A DNA stretch of 64,000 nt from Octopus sinensis. Lineage: Eukaryota. This document shows positions 37,312 to 50,686 of this stretch, in pieces. The notes under the pieces were generated by a model. It ran no database searches, was not told the DNA's origin, and saw only the letters and a list, made by a program, of their open reading frames with translations. A program made the position numbers and the translations under genes. The stretch is taken from positions 77,376,001 through 77,440,000 of the forward strand of contig NC_043002.1 of NCBI RefSeq assembly GCF_006345805.1, given 5' to 3'. The stretch's first letter is position 1. Every line of letters starts with the position of its first letter.

Positions 37312-37497
37312 CAGTGGTTCCCAACCAAGGTCTATTATGACCATTGGAGATCCACATAAGATATTTTTGCTAAATTTTATGTGCAATAAACTGGCTATAC
37401 TTCTGGTTTTCAACTAGGATCCATATGACCATTGGGGGTCCATATAAGATTTTGTGGTTAAAATTTATATGAAATAAATTGGTTACATTTCTACACT
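37312..37497. mobile_element. hAT-like MITE terminus present twice in tandem (about 88-bp unit)
   Basis: CAGTGGTTCCCAACC terminus; gaccattgg..tccaYataagat..aaatttRatRtgHaataaaYtgg repeated; same family as 52702-53655. Confidence 0.6.
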
Positions 37498-37499
37498 AT

Positions 37500-37895
37500 A
37501 GGTGCAGGAGTGACTGTGTGGTAAGTAGTTTGCTTCCCAACCACGTGGTTCCGGATTCAGTCCCATTGTGTGGCACCTTGGACAAATGTCTTCTACTATA
37601 GCCTCGGGCCAACAAAAGCCTTGTGAGTGGATTTGGTAGATGGAAACTGAAAGAAGCCTGTCGTGTGTGTGTGTTTATGTATGTTTGTGTGTCTGTGTTT
37701 GTCCCACAATGTCGCTTGACAACTGATGTTGGTGTGTTTACGTCCCCATAACATAGCAGTTTGGCAAAAAAGACCAATAGAATAAGTACTAGGCTTACAA
37801 AGAATAAGTCCTGGAGTCGATTTGTTCGACTAAAGGCGGTGCTCCAGCATGGCTGCAGTCGAATGACTGAAGCAAATAAAAGAGCAAAAGAGTAA
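37500..37895 (+). mobile_element. SINE family A, near full length
   Basis: Head, CORE-like segment and tail as at 39362. Confidence 0.85.
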
Positions 37896-38665
37896 TACAC
37901 AAAATATTTTAACAGTTTTTTTTTTATTATATACAATCCCTAATAATATTCAATTATAAAAATAGAATTGGATTTTTTAGACATGAATAGTTATGAGAGT
38001 CCAACTAAGCAAAATAGGTATCAAAGGAGGCTCATAGGTAAAAAATGGTTGAGAACCATTGATATACATCATCAGCAGCAGCAGCATTCAACATCCATTT
38101 TTCCATGCTTACATGAGTCAGATGGAATTGCTGGAAAAGACTTTGTACAAGAACATAGCATTTTGCTGCTGAATTCCCTTCAGTGATATTCCTTTCTATA
38201 GAATTCAGCATACAGAATAGTTGCTTATGTCCACATGTATATATTATATCATATCTTACATATAAAAATATCCCTGCAGATCCCCCCACCCCATTTTTAT
38301 TGCTAGCAGTGTTTATAAGCTTTTACACTTTTACTGGTTTTAAAGTCATTGGATTGCAGCCATGCTGGAGCACTGCCTTGATGAGTCTAGCCAATAAAAT
38401 TGGCCTCAGTTCCAAGACCTACTCAACAGATATTAAAACATTACAAGGATGCAAAACAGTGAGAATCAAATCAATATTGTGTATATTCATTCTTTAATAT
38501 GTTCTGACTCACTTGGATGTAAATATGGCTTTGGAACAATCATTCCTGTCTAAATTCAGAGTTTCAAGTGGTGTTACTCACTGTGGAGGCATGGTCATAC
38601 CAAAACACTGGTGTCCATGAGTTTGCTGATATCACTAAAGTGAATGTGTTGTCTACATACATTGT

Positions 38666-38871
38666 TTAACCTTTTAGCATTCATATTCTGTCAAATGTAA
38701 TGCTTATGTATTCGCATTGTTTTAAATTACTCATGTTATTATTGCACAGCTTTGAGATTTCAATGTTGAGATTCTTTATTTGTAGAATGACGTAGTTTAG
38801 ATGCGAGAGGCCAGATCTAGCTAGGAGAATATTTGGGCCGCATATGGCCGGTTTAAATGCTAAAGGGTTAA
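38666..38871. mobile_element. piggyBac-type MITE
   Basis: TTAA-CCTTTTAGCATT ... AATGCTAAAGGG-TTAA. Confidence 0.8.
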
Positions 38872-39361
38872 AAAGATAAGTTGCTCTAATTGTGGAAAAC
38901 CATTTTCTTGCCCAAGTGCGTCAGAATGTATTAAGAAGGAATATGTATATCATTCTTTGTTTTGTGAGTTCATATAATAAAAAGAAAATTTAAATGTCTA
39001 ATATGTAAATTCCCAACACTGGAATTATTGGATTAAACATACATACACATATCTAAAAGTATTCAAATTAACATGTATTGAAATTTTTAAATGGCTTGAA
39101 GCCAAACTGTTTATAAGTAGTGGAAATATATTCGCGAATATTTTAATAATTAAATTATCACTTTTTCTCTAAAGAAAAATATTCATTAGACCCTTCATCA
39201 GAAGCATTCTATACACAATATGCACTCCAGTATGACCTCAGCCAATATAGGTAAAACAAGATAAATAACTGAACACAGACATGTATATGTGTATGCATAT
39301 GTGTACACATGTCTATGCATATGCATGAGGGCACATATCTATCTATTTAATATATATATAT

Positions 39362-39785
39362 ATAGGCGTAGGAGTGGCTGTGTGGTAAGTAGCTTGCTAA
39401 CCAACCACATGGTCCCGGGTTCAGTCCCACTGCGTGGCATCTTGGGCAAGTGTCTTCTGCTATAGCCCCGGGCCGACCAATGCCTTGTGAGTGGATTTGG
39501 TAGACGGAAACTGAAAGAAGCCTGTCGTGTATATGTATATATATATATGTATGTGTGTGTTTGTGTGTCTGCTGTATTTGTCCCCCTAGCATTGCTTGAC
39601 AACCGATGCTGGTGTGTTTACGTCCCCGTCACTTAGCGGTTCGGCAAAAAGAGACCGATAGAATAAGTACTGGGCTTACAAAGAATAAGTCCTGGGGTCG
39701 ATTTGCTCGACTAAAGGCGGTGCTCCAGCATGGCCGCAGTCAAAATGACTGAAACAAGTAAAAGAGTAAAGAGAAAGAGTAAAGA
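39362..39785 (+). mobile_element. SINE family A, best-preserved copy (CpGs retained)
   Basis: ggcgtaggagtggctgtgtggtaag..gggttcagtccc..tgggcaagtgtctt..ggcggtgctccagcatggccgc..(aaagagt)n. Confidence 0.9.
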
Positions 39786-39842
39786 GTATATATGTATGTA
39801 CACTTGTACACTTGCATTCACCTGCAAACATATTCATATACA

Positions 39843-40065
39843 TACGAGAGGGTTGCTAAAAAGTTCCTGGCTTTGCGTAAAAAGAAACATAAGAGGATCA
39901 GTTTATTGTGATTGTATTCAACATATTCTCCTCTCAGACTCTCACACTTATTGCAGCAGTCCTTCAGTTTCTCTAAGCCCTGTAAAAGAACTCAGAAGGT
40001 TGGGCTTCCAATCAGGCATTTTTGAGATACCCTTAAAACCAGGAACTTTTCAGCAACCCCACAGC
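39843..40065. mobile_element. Mariner-type MITE (~220 bp)
   Basis: TIRs agggttgctaaaaagttcctggcttt / aaaaccaggaacttttcagcaacccc, left end TACGAG. Confidence 0.75.
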
Positions 40066-40704
40066 AACATATGCTTGAGAATAACTACACATGTAAATGT
40101 ATATATGAGTACATCTATATGTGTTCACATGCACAGTATATTGTTCAATTCACAATGCATGTATGTGAATGTATAAAGCATGCCTGTATACATATCAATG
40201 CATGTCTGTATACATATAAATATCCATGAAAAGCAGGGACCATTAATTTCTATTTTTTTAGTAGCCTTGTTTTAATTCTTCATACATTTGTCCACTGTCC
40301 ACATACATATATTAATTCATTTCTTACATACAAAAATATCTTTGTGAAGCTCCCCATTTCCATCACTATCAGTGTTTATACTCTTTTACATATTTACTGG
40401 TTCTGGTCATCAGACTGCAGCCATGCTGGAGCACTGCCCACAGTCATTATTTTTACATATGGTACTTATTCTATTAGTTTTTTGTTTTTTTTGCTGAACC
40501 ACTAAGGTGCATTAGATTTACAGAAGCAAGAATTAACAAACTGCCATACAAAAGACTATCTAAAAATTATCAACTGTTCACTAGTCCACAAATACAATGA
40601 ATCTGAAATAACAAGAATACATAACAAATGGTTACTAGCTACTCACACAGATCTAATTCTTAATTTCAAATATGTTAGCAATAGTTGTGCTTGTATTTAC
40701 AAGT

Positions 40705-40985
40705 TGTCATCGTCATCATCATCCATTATCCATGCTGGCATTGGTTAGACAGTTTGACTGGAATTGGTAAGCTGGAGAGTTGCACCAGGCTCCAGTCTGA
40801 TTTGGTATGGTTCCTACAGTTGGATGGCCTTTCTAACACCAACTACTCCATACAGTGTACTGGGTGTCTTTTACATCTCACCAGCACAGATGCCATTTGC
40901 GTGTCACTGCCGCAGGTGCCTTTTACACGTCACCAGCACTGGCTACAACTACGATTTTACTTAGCTTGACATGTCTTCTTAAGCA
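40705..40985 (-). mobile_element. RTE ORF2 end/3'UTR junction fragment
   Basis: Minus strand begins tgcttaagaagacatgtcaag, like 27455-27476 just after the RTE ORF end, then runs into the repeat-bearing UTR and (ATG)n tail. Confidence 0.7.
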
Positions 40986-41299
40986 TTTGATTCCATATAG
41001 AGTCTAAACCTCTGATTATTTTTATTTTTATTATGATATCAATGTATTTTCATATTACAAAAAACAAAAAACCTCCCATTATACAAGCTCTATAATAAAT
41101 TACAAATTACTTAAAATTTGGAGACAAGTTGTTATTTTTCTTAATCACTTTGTATAACAATCTATAACTATATCTGCAGAAAATCAATCTGTTTCACCAT
41201 TGTGATATTAATCCACCCGAGACAGCCCCCTAGTTCTTCATGTTTTAATGATACAAATTTTCTGCTTTGAAGTGATTTGAGTTAAAACTTTACCTTTTT

Positions 41300-41710
41300 G
41301 AATTCAATTCCTCTACCACATGGGGACATGCTTATAATTCCTCTACCACATGGGGACATGCTTATAACATCAAAAAAACAGCATAGCACTCATGACTTTC
41401 AAAAACATATTTCCATGCTCAGAATTGTAAAGGTATGAAATAAATTGCCTGCAGTTGTTGCTAAGTGTCAGGAAACTGCATCCTTCAAAAATTCCATGCT
41501 TCCCAAAATTCACCAACACTACTTCAGATATACCTATGGACTCATATTCTTAATCACTTTTCTCAGTTTTTGAGTTTTCTTCTGTGTACTGTACATGTAA
41601 TTCTAACCTTTATTACAGTATTTATTTAACCTATCTCTGCTCTTTGTTCTTTTAACCTTTTCTGAAGAGTTGTAGTGTACCTGAACACTGTATACAATAA
41701 GCCCATTATT
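41300..41710 (+). mobile_element. CR1-like LINE 3' end with a 30-bp tandem duplication (41306-41365)
   Basis: Homologous to 8830-9160; aattcctctaccacatggggacatgcttat occurs twice. Confidence 0.75.
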
Positions 41711-44403
41711 ATTTTATCAAAATTTCATATTAATTTAAATTCAAAACACTAGATTAATCATGACAAAGTTATCTTACTAAATTTTTCATTATTTTCCAAA
41801 TTAATTGAAGCAAATGCAGTGTATTTCAGCAGAAATATGGTAACAGAAGGGTTAAATAGTAAACACAGTTCTTAGACTACAGATATGAGGTGATGCTTTA
41901 CCAGTAAAACTATTATATACTAAGAAAAAAAAAAGAAAACAAAAGTTCTGCCCTTCACATATGATGTATCCACTTTTAAACTACAAACTATTTTTTAAGG
42001 AACCACAATGTTATTGTTAGTCACTTGACATTCAAGTGGACACCTGTACATTGATATTTCTTAAGGTGAAGAGACAGCTGTTATTCACATGATTCAAGGC
42101 AGGGAGCGTTGCTGTAAATCTGCCAAACACAAACACACACACATTTTAACAGTCTGCTGAAGAAAAAAATTGCCTCATATCAAATACATCTTGTAAAAAT
42201 GCAGTCAATAATTGACATTCATACAATATCCAGGATATTCCAGAACAGAATAATAAATTGCTGCAGTGTATCTACTGTTGGTTCAGTGGGATTGATCTTT
42301 TAATCTACTGGCTTCAGCCATTGTTTGGACTGTGGCCATGCTTAGGCACAACCTTTAGGGGTTTTGGTCAACCATATCAACCACTGGTACTTACTGTAGG
42401 CAGGTATTTAATACAGTGATCTCTATTACTTGTCACCAACCTTCACCTGTTTCCAAGTAAGGAAATATTTCTCCATGGTTAGACAAACTTTCACAATCCT
42501 AATCCTATGTAAAATTAACTTGGTTCAGAACCAAGCAGTTAGAAACAAATGACATTGTTCTAAGACAGTGACATTACAGCTATCACATGATGTCAAGATA
42601 AGGAGACGCCAGTTCACACACAAACAGACAAATATAACAATGAGATTCTTCCAGTTTCCATCTATTAAATCCATACACAAAGCTTTGGTCAACTCAAGGC
42701 TAAAGTAGATAACACTTGCCCAAGGTGACAAACGATGAAAGAGAATCCTGAACCAGTTTCTATCTATAAATTCCTCTCATGAAGTATTGATCACCCCAAG
42801 GCATTAGAAAAACACATTTGCCCCAAGGCACCTAGTTGTGGGATTGAAACAAGAATCATATAATTGTAAAATGATCTACTTACAAAAATCTTAACTGCCT
42901 ACAGCCATGCTACCTATTTCCTCTGTCTATTAACAGTAACTGGGACAACTATAAAAAAACAAAACACAATGATACAAACCACAGTTGTGTGGCTCTATTA
43001 GCTGCATTCCCAGACAATGGTGAAATAGATCTTGAGTAATGTACTTCATACATGCAATCAAAAAAGAGGGAAATTTTCCAAAGCAACACAGCAACTCCAA
43101 GAAGCATGAAATTGATTCTCTGTTTCAGTATCAATAAAATGTCTTACAAAGAAAAGAGCCCATTTGTTTCAACACTACTGATGATGATGATGACGACAAC
43201 AACAACTGTGGTTTTCCCTACAATCTTCATATTTATTCTTCAAATTATTTGAAGAATATAGTCACCCCTAGCCACCTAACTCTCTCTCTTTCTCTCTCTC
43301 TCTGTATGTATGTAAACACACACATATATACACATGTACATACATACATATATGTGCATCAAAATACATACAATAAAACAATTTTTCTTCAATTGTTAAA
43401 ATGTTAAACTTGTCTTAATTGCACAAAAAATATATACGTATATAAAAATTTGGTGCATTTTCATTTTCTCAGTATTTCAGACACACACAGACACACTGCC
43501 ATGTATCTGTATGTGTGTATAAGGCAATGGTGATGATGATGATGATGACATTGAGAGAATAGGTTTTACACATGCTACTACGTTGAATGATTTTAATGTA
43601 AGTGAATCTGCTATTTATAAAGTCGCTCGGGGGTGTTTCAGCTGCAGACAGTTCCAGCCAAAGTCACTTTCTGTCTTAATTTCTTGATATATTACAAGTA
43701 CCAGTTGATGATAATCACATTGTATAGAACCTGTCTCAAATGCTAATTGTAACAAGTTAATTTGCATATTTAGAATTTATTTTTAACTTTGTACTCATTC
43801 ACTCTGTTCCAATTGAATTTGGTTTCAACCAGCTTCTAATAAACAATACTGTTATTCAAAAATAATTTCTAGCATTGGTCTGAGTTCAATCAATGCAATA
43901 AATCTGTGGTTTTATTTTTATTTTTATTTTATTTTTTTTTTTGTAAAACTTATTTTATTCACTGACCTGATTGAAATGCTAATCATATACAGGAGACAGC
44001 TGTGGATGATCAGTAAAACAAACTAAGATGGTATTGTAAACAATCAAGGTTCACAATGATGCAGCGATGAATTAGTAGCAATTAAATAGTTGACATTCCA
44101 TCATCTATTTACTTGTTGCCAATTCACTGTTACATTATCATGGTCTTGATAAAAGTGAAAGTAGGTTTCCCTCCTATATATTGCAGGAGGCACAAGCATT
44201 TTTACACACACATGTATGCACATGATGGGAACCTCCACCTACAAAATTCAATCATATGATTTCAGTCAGTCTGAGGCTATAGCAGAAGACACTTGCCCAA
44301 GGTGCCAAGCAGTGAGACTGAAATTGAAACCCTGTTGTTGAGAAGCAAGTTTTTTTGGGGAAGGGAACTAGTCCATTATATTGACCCTGGTGTTCGACCC
44401 TAG

Positions 44404-44630
44404 TGGAGGCACATGGCCTAGTGGTTAGAGTAGCGGACTCGTGGTCGAGGGATTGTGGGTTCAAAACTCACACCTAAGCTCCACGCCACAACTTTCTCTC
44501 TCTCATTCCTCCTGCATCTTGCAGCTCACCTGTGATGGACCGGTGTCCCATCCAGGTGGGGAACCTATACGCCAAGGAAACTGGGAAACCAGCCCTTATG
44601 AGCCAGGCATGGCTCGAGAAGGAACAAACA
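44404..44630 (+). mobile_element. tRNA-derived SINE (family E)
   Basis: ggaggcacatggcctagtggttag (A box) ... ggttcaaaact (B box); head shared with 57882. Confidence 0.7.
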
Positions 44631-44634
44631 ACAG

Positions 44635-45260
44635 TGTTCAACTGGTATTTGTTTGATTGAACCCCAAAAGGATGAAAGGCAAGACTGACCTCAGTGGAAT
44701 TCAAACTCAGAACATAAAAACAGACAAATATAATAACAGTCCTTTCTACTACAGGCACAAGACCTGAAATTTGGAGGAGTTGGGGCTAGTCAATTATACT
44801 GACCCCAGTGCTCAACTGGTACTTATTTCATCAACCCCAAAAGGATGAAAGGCAAAGTTGACCTCAGCAGAATTTGAACTCAGAATGTAAAGAGAGACAA
44901 AATTCCATTAAGCATTTTACCTGGTGTGCTAATGATTCTGCCAGCTCACTGCCTTAAACAACAACAACAATCCTTTCTACTATCAGCACAAGGCTTGAAA
45001 TTTGGAGAAAGGGAGCAAGTCAATTACATTAACCCCAGTGCTAACAATTCTGCCAGCTCACCACCTTAATAATAATGGTTTCAAATTTTGGCACAGGGCC
45101 TGCAGTTTTAGAATGGAGGGGGAAATCGTTTACATTGACCCTTGTATTTTACTGACATTTATTTCATTGACTCCCAAAAGAATGAAAGACAAAGTCAACC
45201 TCAGCAACATTTGAACTCAGAATGTGAAGCCGGAAGAAATGCTGCTAAGCATTTTGACCA
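44635..45260 (-). mobile_element. Tandem cluster of family B SINE copies
   Basis: Three to four repeats of aaccccaaaaggatgaaaggcaa..gaactcagaa.. separated by (AAC)n/(AAT)n. Confidence 0.75.
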
Positions 45261-47990
45261 GAGGGACAGTCTCCAACCTTTTGAAAAATTCACTGGAAGG
45301 AACTTCCTTCTCCATCTCCACCTTTCAAGAAGAAAGTGATGAGGACCTGATCAAAAAGGAAACCGTCTGTTCTCAGTCCTTTCTATCTAATCCACTATGC
45401 AACTGCTTTCACCATAAACACCAGACTGAGGAAAACTTCCTGTCCAGTCTCATTAAAGGAAGGCAACAGAGTGATCTTCATGATGGACTTATCTAGTAAC
45501 TGGATCCATCCTGCATGTGGCAATAGCTGTTCAACATAACTCCCCACATTAGAAATGCTTTGATACTGCAATAGTGCATGCAATATGGTTTTGTCACTCT
45601 GTGGGCATCTCAATTCCACTTCATGACACTTCCTTGCCTGAAGAATTTGTCATAAATTGGTAGTGTCCTTTTGTAATTTGCATTTAGTAAAGTTATGGAC
45701 TAGAAATTTTCTATAACAACTCCCTTGTTTTGTTCTTTTTCTGCTGAGCTGTCATACCCTGACTTAAAGAACTCAAAATTTTCTCATTCTGCAACCAGTT
45801 GTGAATAGATGTTTGCAAAGAAGTCACCAAACAAGTCAGGCATATAACCATCCATAACGAACAATTTTTCCCTTGTGTAATTAACCAAGCACTTACTGTG
45901 TCTCAATTGCTGTTTTTAGCCTTTTGCAGTATTTTGTATTATAAGGCACAGCAGATTGTCAAGGTACTATTGCTGTTTCCAACTCATCAAGCAAAGTTCA
46001 GACAGAAATCCATACATATCTCTTTTACTTGTTTCAGTCATTTGACTGTGGCCATGCTGGAGCACCACCTTTAGTTGAGTAAATCGACCCCAGGACTTAT
46101 TCTTTGTAAGCCTAGTACTTATTCCATCGGTCTCTTTTGCCAAACCGCTAGGTTATGGGGATGTAAACACACCAGCATTGGTTGTCAAGCGATGTTGGGG
46201 TGACAAACACATACACACAAACATACACACACACATATATATATACATACATATATATGACAGGCTTCTTTCAGTTTCCATATACCAAATCCACTCACAA
46301 CGCTTTGGTCAGCCCAAGGCTATACTAGAAGACACTTGCCCAAAGTGCCACACAGTGGGACTGAACCTGGAACTATGTGGTTTGTAAGCCAGCTACTTAC
46401 CACACAGCTGCTCCTACGCCTATATCTGCCTAAAATCAAGTAGCACATGCGCATCAAAGACCAAATTGTGCCATTGTTGCTACACTGCCTTTGCCATCCA
46501 AGTTCACAAACTGCTCTAATTCCATCTTGTTTTAACACTCAAGCCCTAGTTCTGACAAACCTTCATGTTTCACATTGAAGAAATGGTTAAGGGTCATTCA
46601 TACCACTAGCATGGTAGTTGTGATGCCTTTACAATCACCTCTTCTAGCTTACTATCTCCCCTCTACTGTATTTCTTCCAATCACTAACTCTTTAGTAAAT
46701 GCTATCAGCTCATTTCTAACTACCTTCTTCAGGGTGTCTCCCCACCAGTTGTTGACAACACCTTCATCAACAGTTGCTAATCTGATCCCTGTAGTCTTTG
46801 TCCACTCTCAGAAACCAGGTTCATGTCTATAAGTCATATCTATGTCGACTGCAGATTACAAATTTGTCTGTAAGTTGACCAGTTTAATTTATGAACACCC
46901 AACACTAACCACTAACAAGATGAACACTTTATCTAGATATGATCTCTCTGATGCTTAAGGCTGCTCCATGGCCTCACTCACATATTTTAGAAATTCAGTC
47001 AGACAGTTGGAAATGTCTAATTTTCAAGGATTTTACACCCACCTACAGCAAGACACATGTTTCTTTCCTTCTGTTTCACTATAACCTTTCATCCTCTGAC
47101 ACAAGACCACCTCCTCCAATGTCCCCTCCCCTCTCTTTGTCTTGCAAGTTACTTGGTGATCCTGCCAGTGCTGGTGTCACTTAAAAAGTATTGAGTCTAC
47201 ACTGGAAAGTGATTGGCATTTGGAAGGGCATCCAACTGTAAAGATCATGCTAAAACTGACTGCACCTGTGCTTGTGCCACGTAAAAAGCATTCAGTCCAT
47301 TCTGTTGGGTGGTTGGTATTAGGAAGGGTATCCAGCCATGAAAACGCTGCCAAAACAGACAGAAGTCTGGTGCAGGGTCCTGTCTGGCCAGATTCTGTCA
47401 AACTGTCCAACTCATGCCAGCATGATGATGATGATGACATTTGTGGGTGCAGTACGGTGAACATAGTCTTCTGAGGTGGCCAGGAGATCCTATTGAGCAT
47501 CTAAAATACTATTCCAATCCTCCATTAGTACTCAAGAATAGGACATTCCAAAGAGTATTTCTAGATGTTTCAAGAAATCTGGTCGTCCTGTCCCAGTCTG
47601 GAGTATAGACAAACACTAACCTGAAGGCATTTCTTTACTGTCATTCACATCCAGTACCACCAACTTATCACCTAAATCCAGAAAGATTATCTGTACCTTT
47701 AAACCTAGTTCTGCAATTCCACCACCAGATCCTGACAGATCACAAGACAAGTACACCTCACAAAAAGACAAAAGTGGAGAAATTCTGGTCTAAGAGATGG
47801 CTACCACATCTCTGTCTACTGACTAGGGTCACTGAGTAAGTGACCTTTCTTCTAGGTTGACACAAAACAATATACATTTACACCTTCTGCACTGAGTAAA
47901 GTCCTGTCAAAGTAGGACAGTATACACACACCTTGGTCTTTGGGAAGAGCAGATAGTCTACTTCTTGGTTCTTTGTTCAGAACGGTATCC
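45260..47990 (-). mobile_element. Fragmented L1/Tx1-clade LINE (endonuclease, linker, C-terminal Zn-knuckle; RT absent) with nested insertions
   Basis: Minus strand: endonuclease remnant LVVLDV..RPDFLKHLE..DWNSILD (47500-47800); linker WWGDTLKKVVR..HFFNVKHEG (46440-46960); C-terminus RCPQSDKTILHAL (45395-45619). SINE A (46020-46420) and an RTE UTR (47050-47440) lie inside. Confidence 0.7.
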
Positions 47991-48735
47991 CTTAAAAGAC
48001 CTTTCTAATAGACATCGTTTTTAACACACTTTTTCTGAAAATTCCCATCACCTCATGAGAAATTGTTTAAGAGTATATTGTGTACATTTACCAACGTTTT
48101 TATTAATAATCTACCATAAAGTGTTTTGGAGATGATTTTCTCATATTCTTCCCTCTCTTTTGATATTTTTTGCCTTTAAATTGTTTTGTTATGTAGTCCA
48201 GTTGTTTCTGCTTATAGCAGTGAAGTTGATGATGCTTTCTGTTTTGTGTTTTCAGTTCTGTATGTTGTTACTATTGTCATTGTTTCTGTTGTTGTTGTTG
48301 TTTTGATTGTGTGTTTTCCAATGATAATAATGCTGGAACACAAAGCATTCAAATGTTCTAAACAATAAAAGAAAAGCGATTTTAACATTCTGAAAAATTA
48401 CTTTTAACATTCAGACAAATATTTTTCATATGATAAATACGATGCTTTTCCTTTTAATGCAAACCCATATTTCTCTCTCTCTCTCCTTTTTATTATTTTA
48501 TTTTATTGTAACGTGTGAAAAGCAATCAAGTGAAACAGCTAGTGCATATTTTACCCAACAAGTAATATTCTAGCCATATTATCTATTTATGTTGTAAAGC
48601 TTTATGGTGCTATAAAGTTTTACAACATAATAGATAATACAACCAGAATATATTTTCTATTATTTTAGTTAAGTTTATACCAGCTATGACTTTAGCATTT
48701 AACACAATAAATACATACACACACACTACACACAT

Positions 48736-48779
<44 letters not shown>

Positions 48780-49611
48780 TCCCACCCATGCTAGCATGGA
48801 AGACAGAGATTAAACGATGATGATGATGACATATATATACATACGCACACACATGTACACATATACATTCACACACACATACACATATCCACAGAGAGGG
48901 CCATGCTTGTGTGGCTAAGCTGATAGTTTCTCAGACAAACACCCGTGGCTTCAAGAGGTTCAATCCCATGATACCTTAGGCAAGTATGTCCTACTATAAC
49001 CCTGGACTAACCAATGTCTTATGAGAAAATGTGGTGATAAAAACTGAAAGAATATATGCATACATATATGTGTGCACATGTGTGTATAAATATGTGTATG
49101 TGCCCGTGCAAATGTCTACAATCTGACTTGAGCTATGCTAGACATTGACATCATCATTTATAGCTGAGCTGCAACAATGGACTATAATATAGACTGCAAC
49201 AATGGCATTTGTTGATATTTCCTGCCAACAAACCAGTCTCTAGTTTTAAAATTCCTTTACATGAAAAAGAGAGAGAAAAGGTGTACGGGCTGTTGACAAG
49301 AACTGCATTCAATCATAGCAAGGCTTAGACAGTTCTTTTTCAGCAGCTGTGCTACCATTCCCTGACTTAAGGAACTCAAAATTTTCACATTCTGCTGCCA
49401 TTTGTAAACAGATCTTTGCTAAGAAGTGACCAAAAAAGTCTGGCATATAACCACCCAAACTGAGCAATTAGCCCCTCGTGTAATTAACCAACTACTTACT
49501 TACTCTATCACAGTTGCTGTTTTTATCCTTTTGCAGTACTTTGTGCTTTCCAATGAGATCTATAGCAGATTGTCAAGGTGCTATTACTGTTTCCAACTAA
49601 TCACTCAACTT

Positions 49612-49875
49612 AAGGTGGCAAGCTGGCAGAAACGTTAGCAAAGGCAACAAGCTGGCAGAACTGTTAGCACACTGGGTGAAATGCTTACCGGTATTTCGTC
49701 TGCCGCTATGTTCTGAGTTCAAATTCCGCTGAGGTCGACTTTGCCTTTCATCCTTTCAGGGTTGATAAATTAAGTACCAGTTACACACTAAGGTCGATGT
49801 AATCAACTTAATCCCTTCGTCTGTCCTTGTTTGTCCCCTCTATGTTTAGCCCCTTGTGGGCAATAAAGAAACAAG
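49612..49875 (+). mobile_element. SINE family B, near full length, duplicated head
   Basis: aaggtggcaagctggcagaaacgttagca followed by aaggcaacaagctggcagaactgttagca; B box gagttcaaatt. Confidence 0.8.
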
Positions 49876-49879
49876 AAAC

Positions 49880-50205
49880 TATTCACTCAACCTCAACAGT
49901 GAAGCAAAGTGCAAATGGAAAGCCACACATATCTGTTTGAAATTGAGTAACACATGCCTACCCTGGCCCTCAAAGACCAAATTGTGGCTTTGTTACTGCA
50001 TTGCACTTTTGCCAGCTGAGTCCATGAACTGCTTTCTTTCCATTTTGGTTTAGAACAGAAGCCCCAGCTCTGACAATGCAGCCTTCATATTTCACGTTGA
50101 ATAAATAGTCATGGGCCATTCTTGCCACAAGCATGTCAGTCATGACACCTTCACTAATAAACTCTTCTAACTTGCTAACTATTTCCCAGTCTAACAATTG
50201 CTAAA
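49880..50205 (-). mobile_element. Second L1/Tx1 linker fragment
   Basis: LFNVKYEGCIVRAGASVLNQNG is homologous to HFFNVKHEG..RA.VLKQDG at 46500-46600. Confidence 0.65.
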
Positions 50206-50653
50206 AAGGAAAAACACACATTAAACAAATGAATGTGTGTGCGTGCAAGCGCGTGCATGCAAGATAATCATTTCAATGCCTACTTTTCCATACTCACATG
50301 AGTCATATGGAATTTACTGAGGTAGGTTTTCTATGGGCAGAAGCCCTTCTTATCATCAACTCTTAACTGTTGTCAAGCAAGTCAGTATTTTCTCGTGTCT
50401 TTGGCATGTTTTGACATGATTTTTAAGGAAGACTAGAAGTGAATAACCTCATTTGTATGATGGCGATGCTCCTTTACTGTCATCAAGTGATGTCAAAACA
50501 AAGATACACACACAGACACACACACATACACAACAGACTTCTTTCAGATTCCATCTACAAAATCCACTTACAAGACTTAGGTTGGCCTGGGACTGTAGTA
50601 GAAGACAGTTGCTCTAGATGCCATACAGTGCAGCATCTAGGCCATTGTGTTGT

Positions 50654-50686
<33 letters not shown>

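Noticed and set aside
39150-39215. Minus-strand CTGATGAAGGG as a fourth hammerhead
   Set aside because: No pairing partner for stem II and no palindromic stem III; cannot be supported.
44404-44470. tRNA genes at SINE heads (also 17682, 39362, 57882)
   Set aside because: A/B boxes are present but I see no complete cloverleaf, and each head runs into a SINE body.
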